Below, in pieces: positions 32,701-40,539 of a DNA stretch of 53,197 nucleotides. The stretch is from Candidatus Dojkabacteria bacterium. Lineage in GTDB: Bacteria; Patescibacteriota; Dojkabacteria; GCA-002793355. The notes under the pieces are model-generated. The model searched no databases. It had not been told where the DNA came from and saw only the letters and a list, made by a program, of their open reading frames with translations. Position 1 is the stretch's first letter. Each line of letters begins with the position of its first letter. The stretch lies in assembly GCA_015489595.1 (NCBI GenBank), contig WFZK01000008.1:1-53197 (forward strand). Direction: 5' to 3'. The translations under genes and the position numbers were made by a program.

Positions 32701-33747
32701 ATGTCTAAGATCGCTATTGTGGGTGGGGGGCTTTCTGGTATAACCTATGCATTTTTTAAGAAGAGTCTGTCGCCTGGTAGTCGGATTTACATCTTTGACC
32801 CAAAGTCTGATTTTTCTGTTTATCCCTCTACAGGTCTGCTTACTTATCCTAATCTAAAAAAATTACAGCGGTGGTTTGATCTTAACCCTTTTGTGTTAGC
32901 TACGTATTCCGGGTGGGGGTTGCTTAAAGAACAAAACAGCCGGTTAGTGTCCCACAGAATTATAAGATTCAGGCATCCATTCATGGTTTATTGGGATGTG
33001 GGAGATTTTATAAACAAGCTTTATCAGAAGCTAAAGATTAAAAGAGTGGTCTCGTTTGTTGATGAGGTTAGATATTCAAAAAGCGGCTGGGAGTTAAAAA
33101 CTCGTAATTCTTGGTACAAGGGCTTTGATAGATTAGTGCTGGCAGCAGGCTCAGGAGTCGGAAGATTTCGTGTTGTAAAGAAGTGCCTTAAGACCGATCC
33201 TTTTGCCAGGAGCTTTTTTGCCATAGAGGAGGTCTATAGAATTCCTTCTTTTAATCTAGATAAAGACGTGGTCTGGTTTTATCCTTATGGAGCCTATGGC
33301 GCGTGGGCTGTTTCCGTAGATGGGAAGTTAAAAATAGGTGCAGCAGTAGATGCTGACAAGAAAGACAACGCTGCTGATCTTTTAAAGCTTATAAAAAATT
33401 CTTTTTATCTTAAGTTAGAAAATCGAATTTCTGTCGTGTCAAATTTTTTACCAGGCAGTGGGGTAGCATTATTGCAGCGCCGCAGTGCTACCTGTAGAAA
33501 TCTTGACATTGTAGGGGATGCAGGAGGTTTTTGCGGTCCTCTTGCTCTTGATGGACTTTATTATGCTGTGCTTAGTAGTGTTTGGGCCTCGCATGGTAAA
33601 AAGGTGCCGGCTTGGTTTGTTGCCAAGTCGAGAGCGGAGCGATATCTTTCTTTATTGGTTGCTAAGTATAATTTTGCTAGGAGTATTGTTTTTAAATTTA
33701 GCCCTATTCTGCTTAGGTTGTGGTTTCTAATAAAGCAGAGGTTTTAG
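32701..33747 (+). CDS. FAD/NAD(P)-dependent oxidoreductase (geranylgeranyl reductase-like fold)
   Basis: N-terminal Rossmann motif KIAIVGGGLSGITYAF, with a later GDAGGF. Confidence 0.55.
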   Translation: MSKIAIVGGGLSGITYAFFKKSLSPGSRIYIFDPKSDFSVYPSTGLLTYPNLKKLQRWFDLNPFVLATYSGWGLLKEQNSRLVSHRIIRFRHPFMVYWDVGDFINKLYQKLKIKRVVSFVDEVRYSKSGWELKTRNSWYKGFDRLVLAAGSGVGRFRVVKKCLKTDPFARSFFAIEEVYRIPSFNLDKDVVWFYPYGAYGAWAVSVDGKLKIGAAVDADKKDNAADLLKLIKNSFYLKLENRISVVSNFLPGSGVALLQRRSATCRNLDIVGDAGGFCGPLALDGLYYAVLSSVWASHGKKVPAWFVAKSRAERYLSLLVAKYNFARSIVFKFSPILLRLWFLIKQRF

Positions 33748-33857
33748 TGGGTATAGGGGGCATGGTGTTGGTTAGTTAGGGTTTTGAATTTGGGAATACG
33801 GTTTGATATCCCGGCTGTTCAGTATTAATGTGAGTCCTCGGCTGCGAGATTCATTCA

Positions 33858-33901
33858 CGGGCTCACGCAAAAATCGATCTTCTGTGATTTTTGGCCCGGC
33901 C
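33858..33901. repeat. degenerate A-type hairpin, preceded by a core-like segment (about 33800-33857)
   Basis: gggctcacgcaaaaatcgatcttctgtgatttttggcccggcc. Upstream, cccggctgttcagtattaat resembles the core block. Confidence 0.5.
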
Positions 33902-33967
33902 TGGATACTGCACATAAAATTCTTTTATGTTATAATTGACTAGTCATATAAGAATACTTTATACGTT

Positions 33968-34846
33968 ATGCAGGAATACATCAATAAGTTTATTGACTAT
34001 TTAAAGCAGCAGGGCAAGAGTCAATACACCATCGTAGCCTATCGAAATGATCTTGGACAGTTAGTTAGATACCTTAAGGAGCAGAAAGACAAGCATGATG
34101 TCCAAAAAATTACGTTACAAGATCTTAAGGACTTTATAGAGTATCTAAAGACCGAGAAAGGTTTTAACTTAAAAACAATCTCTAGGAAGATAAATAGTAT
34201 AAGGAGCTTTTTTAAATATCTTGCCTCTACCGGGGTAATCGATGAGGTGTCTAATCCGGCTTTAAGGCTTGTTCATCCTAAGGTGGAGCCTTCTCCTCCT
34301 AGAGTCTTGTCTCAACTTGAGTATAGAGCTCTAAGAGATGCTAGCAGAAAAGATCCCAGGCTTTATGCCATTGTAGAGGTCTTACTCCAGACAGGTTTAA
34401 GGCTGGGAGAGCTACACAGATTAAAGGTTTCAGATATAAGGTATACCTCGAGTGGTAAACCTTATCTTTATATAGAAGCTTATGGGACCCATCCAGCACG
34501 AAAGGTGCCTTTAAATCAAGCGGCGTATGAAGCCTTAAAAACTTATATAGAGAAGTACAGGCCTGAACCTCAGCCTGGTGTAGAGAACATCTTTATTACC
34601 AAAACTGGCCGCCCTATTCCAATGAGAAATATCAGAGCTATGATAAAACGCGCCTTTAAGGCAGCTGGTATTAAGAAGGCTACAGTAAATGATATCAGGA
34701 ATACGTTTATTGTTTATCACCTGGCCCGCGGTATGAATCCCTTGACATTGGCAAAGATCGTGGGCCACAGGAGAATTTCTACAACCGAGAAATATTTAGC
34801 TTTCGTTAAATCTAAACCAGAGAAGACCGGCCTGCAGGAACTGTAG
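33968..34846 (+). CDS. tyrosine recombinase, XerC/XerD family
   Basis: An N-terminal SAM-like domain (SQYTIVAYRNDLGQLVRYL), LLQTGLRLGEL and GHRRISTTEKYL, in a 292-aa protein. Confidence 0.8.
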   Translation: MQEYINKFIDYLKQQGKSQYTIVAYRNDLGQLVRYLKEQKDKHDVQKITLQDLKDFIEYLKTEKGFNLKTISRKINSIRSFFKYLASTGVIDEVSNPALRLVHPKVEPSPPRVLSQLEYRALRDASRKDPRLYAIVEVLLQTGLRLGELHRLKVSDIRYTSSGKPYLYIEAYGTHPARKVPLNQAAYEALKTYIEKYRPEPQPGVENIFITKTGRPIPMRNIRAMIKRAFKAAGIKKATVNDIRNTFIVYHLARGMNPLTLAKIVGHRRISTTEKYLAFVKSKPEKTGLQEL

Positions 34847-34874
34847 AGGTGATTCTCTAGAGTTAGTTAATTGT

Positions 34875-35020
34875 TTGGCCTTGCTTAAAGCCCCTTTAAA
34901 TTACTCTTCTCTTGGCTGCTTTGGATGATCCTGTGGATAGGCAACTTCGTTACGCTATGAAAAAAGAGCCCATTTCGGGCGTGGGGCAAAATGCGGGACC
35001 GCCGCATTTTGCCCCACGCC
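34875..35020 (+). repeat. mosaic repeat copy (right arm of hairpin A, core, hairpin B 34976-35020)
   Basis: ttgcttaaagcccc, then the core ctcttctcttggctgctttggatgatcctgtgg, then the 20-bp perfect stem gggcgtggggcaaaatgcgg/ccgcattttgccccacgccc. Confidence 0.85.
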
Positions 35021-35032
35021 CTTTATCTTTCT

Positions 35033-35041
35033 CTGCTATAA
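35033..35041 (+). promoter_or_regulatory. extended -10 (TGCTATAAT), 12 nt upstream of tRNA-Met
   Basis: Sequence reads tgcTATAATaccaccgataagGGTGCCG. Confidence 0.45.
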
Positions 35042-35053
35042 TACCACCGATAA

Positions 35054-35127
35054 GGTGCCGTAGCTCAACTGGTGAGAGCGCGGGATTCATAACCCCGAGG
35101 TTGGCGGTTCGAGTCCGCCCGGCACCA
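35054..35127 (+). tRNA. elongator tRNA-Met, anticodon CAU (a lysidine-type tRNA-Ile2 cannot be excluded from sequence alone)
   Basis: Acceptor GGTGCCG/CGGCACC, D arm GCTC-AACTGGTGA-GAGC, anticodon arm CGGGA-TTCATAA-CCCCG (A31-C39 mismatch), T arm GGCGG-TTCGAGT-CCGCC, discriminator A. Confidence 0.8.
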
Positions 35128-35154
35128 TGGTAGTTAATTTTTTAGTTGTTTGTA

Positions 35155-37095
35155 ATGCCATCAAGAGGGGTAGTGGTAAGGCGCGTGGTTACAGGTGATG
35201 ATATTAAAAAGGTATTTATTGCCATTGTTATTGCCTTTTTTATTTTTAGCGGAGTGATGTATCTAAAATCCCTGGCAAAAGGCCAGAAGGTACCAGTAAC
35301 TACCGCAATTTCTGAGATAAAGCAGAATCAGGTGAAAAAGCTTGATATTAAAGGTGATGAAGTCGACATCGTTACCCGCTCTAAGAAAAAGCAATACACG
35401 AAGATTGAGAGCAAGTCTTCTTTTTTAGAACTGCTTCAGCGAGAAGGGGTTAGACTCTCAGAGCTAAAGGACGTAGAGATCTCAGTATCAGAACCAAGCC
35501 TTACCTATCTAGATATCCTTTCTGCTGTTGTCAATATTCTGTTTCTTATATTTTTAGCTTATGCAGTTTATAGATTTTTAGGCTTTTTTGAAAGACAGGG
35601 AGCCTCTGGAGGGCTGTTGTCTTTTGGAAAAAGTCCAGCACGAGTAATAATAGGTAAGCGCCCTGATGTTACATTCAAAGACGTTGCGGGACTAAAAGAG
35701 GTAAAGGAAGAGATCTCTGAGGTTGTAGAGTTCTTAAGAAATCCAAGAAAGTTTCTTAAAATGGGGGCAAGAATCCCCAAAGGTATCTTGCTAGAAGGTC
35801 CCCCAGGTACAGGTAAGACGCTACTTGCAAGAGCAGTTGCTGGAGAGGCAGGTGTTCCATTTTTCCATACTTCTGGGGCTGAGTTTGAAGAGATGTTAGT
35901 TGGTGCAGGGGCGGCAAGGGTCAGGGATCTTTTCAGAAGGGCAAAGCATATAGCTCCGTCAATAATATTCATCGATGAGATAGACGCTGTAGCCAAAAAG
36001 CGCGGAGTAGATTTTAGAAGCACATACTCAGAGCAGACTCTAAATCAGATCCTTGTTGAGATGGATGGGTTTGAGAGAACAGACACAGTTATAGTAATTG
36101 CCGCTACTAACCGAGTAGACGTTTTAGACCCGGCGTTGTTGCGCCCAGGTAGGTTTGATAGAAGGATTCATCTCTCTTTGCCTGATGTTTATGAGCGAGA
36201 GGAGATTTTAAAGATTCATTCGCGTAACAAGAAGCTCGGGCCAGATGTGGATCTTAGGCGTATTGCTGCTGTTACAGTAGGTTTCTCAGGGGCAGACTTG
36301 GAGAACTTAGTAAATGAGGCTGCAATTCTGGCGGTGCGAAAAGGGCAGGAATACATAAGCATGGACGATATGATAGAGGCTATGTACAAAGTCAGCATGG
36401 GGCCACAGAGGAAGACACTTGCAGTCACAAAAGAAGACATTTTAAGCACAGCCTATCATGAGGCAGGCCATGCGATTGTAGCCGCATATATAAAGGAGGC
36501 AGAAAAGGTTCAGACTATAACGATCGTTCCTAGGGGCAGAGCACTCGGAGTCACTGTGACAAGGGATGAGATCGAGAGGTCTCATATTACCTATAAAGAG
36601 CTTCTAGCTAAAATAGCGGTACTTACAGGAGGCAGAGCAGCAGAGACCTTAATCTTTGGCCCCGAAGATATCACTGCTGGTGCAAGCTCAGATATAGAAA
36701 AGGCAAGCACCATAGCAAGGGCCATGGTTAAAGAATTTGGAATGAGTAAAAAGTTGGGATTCGTTAAGTATGCTACAAAGGACGAATATCTGTTGTTTGC
36801 TTTAAAGCAGGACTATTCAGATGATACGGCTAAGAAGATCGACACTGAGGTCTTGTCTATTATCGATTCTCAGTTTAGGCGAGCCTTAGAGATTCTAAAG
36901 CGGGAGAAAAAGCTGCTAGACAAGGTCGCTGAAGCACTACAAAAGCACGAGACCTTAGATGCTAAGCAGTTCGAGGCACTAGTTAAGAGATACGGTACGG
37001 AGCAGCCGCCTAAGAAACCCAAGGCTGTTGTAAAGAGTGTAGAGAAGTGGATAAAGGGAAATCAGAAGTTAAGGAAGAATAAGGCGGAGAAGTAA
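35155..37095 (+). CDS. ftsH: ATP-dependent zinc metalloprotease FtsH
   Basis: GPPGTGKTLLARAVAGEAGVPFF, IIFIDEIDA, the SRH region ATNRVDVLDPALLRPGRFDR and the zinc site HEAGHAIV. TTG at 35146 is an alternative start. Confidence 0.9.
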   Translation: MPSRGVVVRRVVTGDDIKKVFIAIVIAFFIFSGVMYLKSLAKGQKVPVTTAISEIKQNQVKKLDIKGDEVDIVTRSKKKQYTKIESKSSFLELLQREGVRLSELKDVEISVSEPSLTYLDILSAVVNILFLIFLAYAVYRFLGFFERQGASGGLLSFGKSPARVIIGKRPDVTFKDVAGLKEVKEEISEVVEFLRNPRKFLKMGARIPKGILLEGPPGTGKTLLARAVAGEAGVPFFHTSGAEFEEMLVGAGAARVRDLFRRAKHIAPSIIFIDEIDAVAKKRGVDFRSTYSEQTLNQILVEMDGFERTDTVIVIAATNRVDVLDPALLRPGRFDRRIHLSLPDVYEREEILKIHSRNKKLGPDVDLRRIAAVTVGFSGADLENLVNEAAILAVRKGQEYISMDDMIEAMYKVSMGPQRKTLAVTKEDILSTAYHEAGHAIVAAYIKEAEKVQTITIVPRGRALGVTVTRDEIERSHITYKELLAKIAVLTGGRAAETLIFGPEDITAGASSDIEKASTIARAMVKEFGMSKKLGFVKYATKDEYLLFALKQDYSDDTAKKIDTEVLSIIDSQFRRALEILKREKKLLDKVAEALQKHETLDAKQFEALVKRYGTEQPPKKPKAVVKSVEKWIKGNQKLRKNKAEK

Positions 37096-37199
37096 GCCTG
37101 GGAGTAGCTCTGTAGTAGTTTCTAAGGTATCGTTACGATTCCTGCGTCGAGGAAGGATCTCCTCTGTGAGGGTCTGTGTAATTTGTCTTCTAGTTGTTT

Positions 37200-37205
37200 T
37201 ACAAT
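37200..37205 (+). promoter_or_regulatory. -10 box TACAAT, 5 nt before ATG 37211
   Basis: Sequence reads tttTACAATtgtatATG. Confidence 0.35.
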
Positions 37206-37210
37206 TGTAT

Positions 37211-38563
37211 ATGCAACATTTGTCGACTTCAGAGGTAAGAAGGAACTCGGGGGTACCCGAGGAGCGTAAGCTTCGGGAGAGGAATTTGGAAGCGTTGGTG
37301 TTGACCCTCCCAAATTTAGATGCCATGGGATCGATGCTTGCTCGGGGAGTTATTTGGGACAGGTTGAGTTTCTATGTGGCTTTTGGTGGAGTTTTCAACA
37401 GACAAAAATACGGTTCTTGGTTTCAAGGAGAGGAGGAGTTTCGGGGGACGTTACAGGATATCCAAGAGGCGTATAATGTTAAGCAGGGGGTTGCTAGCTT
37501 GAATCCCACAGATCCCATAGACTTTGCTTTATTAGAAAGGGTTAAGGCTTCACATATTTATCCAGGGCCTGAGGTAAGGGAGTTACGAGATAAATATTTG
37601 AGCTTCCTAATAAGAAGTTACACATTGGCTTTAGCTCAGGCTATCGTAAGGGAGACGTTGGTTTGGGGAGGTCAGGTTCGTGGAAGAGGGAGGGAATTAA
37701 TACGCGAACACTATAGGTCGGCGATTAGAGCGTATTTCGAGGGGGATTCGTCTGCTAAAATAGAGAATCTTCTTGAGGCAGGGGAATTAGTTTTCCTTTA
37801 TAGGGAGAGCGAACGAGGTGGGGCCATTTCTTCAGATTTTACCAGAGAAAGATATGGCTGGGATAGGGCTATATCTATTTTTCATTCTTTAAATAGTTTA
37901 TCCCATCCTCTCAGAGGACAAGAGTTAAGTAGGGGGATAAGATTAATTGATGCTTTGCATAATACGGCTCATAATGCAGGATTCCTATTAGGGCATATGA
38001 TAAGGAATGGCCCTGGTTTGTTAACTACTCTGCGTCTTTTTTCTAGGGATGCTAACGATTATTATCTGGCATCTCCTTACGCACGGTCCGTGGTTAGTAG
38101 GTTCTCTCTGGAGTGGATACCTCGCAGGAAAGGCCCTCTTTATATTCTGGATTTAAAGGACTTCGAAGCGTTGGTGGAGAGGTGGGAGCGAGATAAGGAT
38201 ATCGTAGTTGGGGCAAGTCCCTCAGTTCTTACAAGAGTGTTTCTCTGGGAGGTTGCTCTGTACCATAATGAGGAAGGATATAGATTCATCAGGGATGCCA
38301 TTATGAGATCCCCTGTGCTGCGTAGGTACGTAGATACCGAAGCATTGGAGATTCTTGATTTATATACGGCGTTAAGGAGGTACAATAGGACCAGGATTCC
38401 CTCTAAGAGGCTGATAGATTTTCTTAGAAGTCGGTTAGAGAGACTTAGGGCGACGGTTAGGTTGAGGAAAGGTGTTGACGTCGAAGAAGCAGATGAACTG
38501 GGGCGGTTAAATTTAGAAATTAGAACTCTTGGGGAGATACTAAGTAAACAGGAAGCTATCTAG
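37211..38563 (+). CDS. hypothetical protein (ORFan, R/E/L-rich)
   Basis: Long ORF; the track start is 37166. ATG 37211 fits the window-wide -10-N5-ATG pattern. No confident domain; an R-x5-H string occurs (RLIDALH). Confidence 0.5.
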   Translation: MQHLSTSEVRRNSGVPEERKLRERNLEALVLTLPNLDAMGSMLARGVIWDRLSFYVAFGGVFNRQKYGSWFQGEEEFRGTLQDIQEAYNVKQGVASLNPTDPIDFALLERVKASHIYPGPEVRELRDKYLSFLIRSYTLALAQAIVRETLVWGGQVRGRGRELIREHYRSAIRAYFEGDSSAKIENLLEAGELVFLYRESERGGAISSDFTRERYGWDRAISIFHSLNSLSHPLRGQELSRGIRLIDALHNTAHNAGFLLGHMIRNGPGLLTTLRLFSRDANDYYLASPYARSVVSRFSLEWIPRRKGPLYILDLKDFEALVERWERDKDIVVGASPSVLTRVFLWEVALYHNEEGYRFIRDAIMRSPVLRRYVDTEALEILDLYTALRRYNRTRIPSKRLIDFLRSRLERLRATVRLRKGVDVEEADELGRLNLEIRTLGEILSKQEAI

Positions 38564-38605
38564 CCAGTATTCTAACCATGGACGGTTGTTCGGTATCTTC
38601 AACTT

Positions 38606-38614
38606 TGATATACT
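38606..38614 (+). promoter_or_regulatory. extended -10 (TGATATACT), 6 nt before ATG 38621
   Basis: Sequence reads tgaTATACTctagcaATG. Confidence 0.4.
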
Positions 38615-38620
38615 CTAGCA

Positions 38621-38968
38621 ATGCCCTCATCCTCTCTCACATTTAACTCTTATCAAAACACTGCCAAGAAAACGGCACTTTACAGCGCTGTTGATGTTCC
38701 AGCTTTAGTTTATTTAGCATTAGGCCTTGCAGGTGAGACTGGCGAGATAGTAGATAAGGTCAAAAAGCTCTTTCGAGACAAAGCAGGCAAGCTCGATGAG
38801 GCTACCAAGCAGGCGCTTATAAAAGAGCTAGGAGATCTGTTGTGGTATATCTCAGAATTTTCAAGGCAGCTTGGAGTATCTCTAGGCGATGTGGCCCACC
38901 AGAATCTCTTAAAGATTAAAGATAGAAAAAAACGAGGTAAGCTTCGCGGTCAAGGCGATGACAGGTAG
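38621..38968 (+). CDS. MazG-like nucleotide pyrophosphohydrolase
   Basis: LGLAGETGEIVDKVKK and ELGDLLWYISEF (the ExxE/ExxD metal motifs of all-alpha NTP-PPases). Confidence 0.7.
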   Translation: MPSSSLTFNSYQNTAKKTALYSAVDVPALVYLALGLAGETGEIVDKVKKLFRDKAGKLDEATKQALIKELGDLLWYISEFSRQLGVSLGDVAHQNLLKIKDRKKRGKLRGQGDDR

Positions 38969-40049
38969 ATACGTAGTCAATCTGCCGATTCATTCAGGTA
39001 AGGCTCCACGGTGGCTGTTTGAGAGAATGGTGAGTTTAGCTGAACAGATTTTAATTATTATTGCCGAAAGCTTCTCCCCTACCGAGATACTAAATAGACT
39101 TGCGGATCCTTGGTGGTTTCAAGCCTTGGGTGGAATACTGGGCTTTGATTGGCACTCTTCTGGCCTTACCACCACTACAGCAGGGGCTTTAAAAGTAGTC
39201 CTAGATAGGATAGGGCCTGAGCTTGGAATATTTGCAGCAGGAGGCAAAGGTAAGACTTCTCTTAAGACTCCGGAGCATATAAGGCAGAGTGTCGAGAGGT
39301 ACGGTCTTAATGTTGACGCAGAGAAGTTGGTTGATACAAGCAGAGTGGTTGCAAAGATCGATAATGCACTTGTTCAGGACGGTTATACCTTGTACCATCA
39401 CTTCTTTGTTTTTGACAACCAAGGCAGGTGGATTGTTATCCAGCAGGGCATGAATCAGAATGCTCGTTACGCTAGGCGATATCATTGGCGGTTTGATAAC
39501 AAGATCCTTAATAATGACAAAGCAAGGATAGTAGCTCCGTTTAAGCTATCTAGGGTTTTAAATCTGGTATCAAGTACCAGCGCTTCAACTCGGGAGTTCA
39601 TTTTAGAATTTATCAGATCTTATCCAGACGTTGCAGTGGGTGTGTATAAAAAGATGCTAGAGGATGTGCGAGAGATTAATTTTCCGAGGAGGGAGTACAT
39701 TGTTCCAAGCTTAGATATAAAACCAGAGAATCTGTACAAAATTCTGGTAAAAACTTATGAAGCTCACCCTAGGGATTTTTATGAGCTAATTAAGATAAGG
39801 GGGGTTGGTCCTAAAACATTTAGAGCTTTAGCTTTGGTGGGTGAGCTGGTGTATGGCACTGAGGTTTCATGGAGAGATCCAGTGAAGTTTACCTATGCTC
39901 ATGGAGGCAAAGACGGCCATCCTTATCCAATAAATAGGGAAGATTATGACAGGACAATTCAGATTCTTGAAAAGCTGGCGAGCAAATTAAAGGACAAAAG
40001 AGCGAGAGGTAAGGCAAGGCAGTTGCTGTTGGGCTTGGGGGAGGGGTAG
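38958..40049 (+). CDS. conserved hypothetical protein, DUF763-like, with a helix-hairpin-helix element
   Basis: HSGKAPRWLFERM, WWFQALGGILGFDWHSSGLTTT and IRGVGPKTFRALAL. The family name is recalled from memory and not verified. Confidence 0.5.
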   Translation: MTGRYVVNLPIHSGKAPRWLFERMVSLAEQILIIIAESFSPTEILNRLADPWWFQALGGILGFDWHSSGLTTTTAGALKVVLDRIGPELGIFAAGGKGKTSLKTPEHIRQSVERYGLNVDAEKLVDTSRVVAKIDNALVQDGYTLYHHFFVFDNQGRWIVIQQGMNQNARYARRYHWRFDNKILNNDKARIVAPFKLSRVLNLVSSTSASTREFILEFIRSYPDVAVGVYKKMLEDVREINFPRREYIVPSLDIKPENLYKILVKTYEAHPRDFYELIKIRGVGPKTFRALALVGELVYGTEVSWRDPVKFTYAHGGKDGHPYPINREDYDRTIQILEKLASKLKDKRARGKARQLLLGLGEG

Positions 40050-40055
40050 AGGATA

Positions 40056-40228
40056 GGGGCGTTAAGCGAAAATCGAAGAAAGTCGATTTTCGCTTAAGAC
40101 CCCGCGAATTGTTATTCTTATGGCTATTTTAAATCTTGATGTTGAGAGCGCCATTTCGATACCGTGGGTAAGGCAACCTACTTAAGGGGGTGAGGTAAAA
40201 CGTGATGCTAACATAGTTTGCCTCACTC
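40056..40228 (+). repeat. mosaic repeat copy (hairpin A 40056-40103, core, hairpin B 40188-40228)
   Basis: ggggcgttaagcgaaaatcga/tcgattttcgcttaagacccc. The core attgttattcttatggctattttaaatcttgatgttg...gtaaggcaacctactta aligns with 43736-43818. Confidence 0.85.
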
Positions 40229-40267
40229 TCAATAGAGCCTTTTGACTTGAGTGGTAGCAGGTTTGTG

Positions 40268-40459
40268 TTAAGCCTTGGAATAATCGATATACCTGCGTAT
40301 GTAGTCTATATCGATTTTAAATTTGGGTTTCATGTGTTTGTATTTTCCGGCGATGGCCAAAATACCTTTAGAAGGGTGTTTTGAGGTACGGCTCTTGTCT
40401 TTGTGGCTTGGAGGCGTTTTTCTGAGGGCTTTCTTAGATGTTCTTCGAGCTTGGCTCAT
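40268..40459 (-). CDS. small basic hypothetical protein
   Basis: 63-aa K/R/S-rich ORF. No motif recognised, and it could be spurious. Confidence 0.25.
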   Translation of the reverse strand: MSQARRTSKKALRKTPPSHKDKSRTSKHPSKGILAIAGKYKHMKPKFKIDIDYIRRYIDYSKA

Positions 40460-40525
40460 TTTGAAACTGAGCTTAAGATTATTACGTTTTACGAGAACTT
40501 CTTCTTTAAGTATACCCTATCTCCA

Positions 40526-40534
40526 TGCTAAAAT
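40526..40534 (+). promoter_or_regulatory. extended -10 (TGCTAAAAT), 5 nt before ATG 40540
   Basis: Sequence reads tgcTAAAATccttcATG. The track start 40525 lies inside this box. Confidence 0.45.
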
Positions 40535-40539
40535 CCTTC

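Noticed and set aside
33968-35127. Integrase plus tRNA as a bounded genomic island
   Set aside because: I found no second copy of the tRNA-Met 3' end in the window. The recombinase is upstream of the tRNA 5' end, and the flanking genes (an FAD oxidoreductase and ftsH) look chromosomal. It is kept only as a low-interest question.
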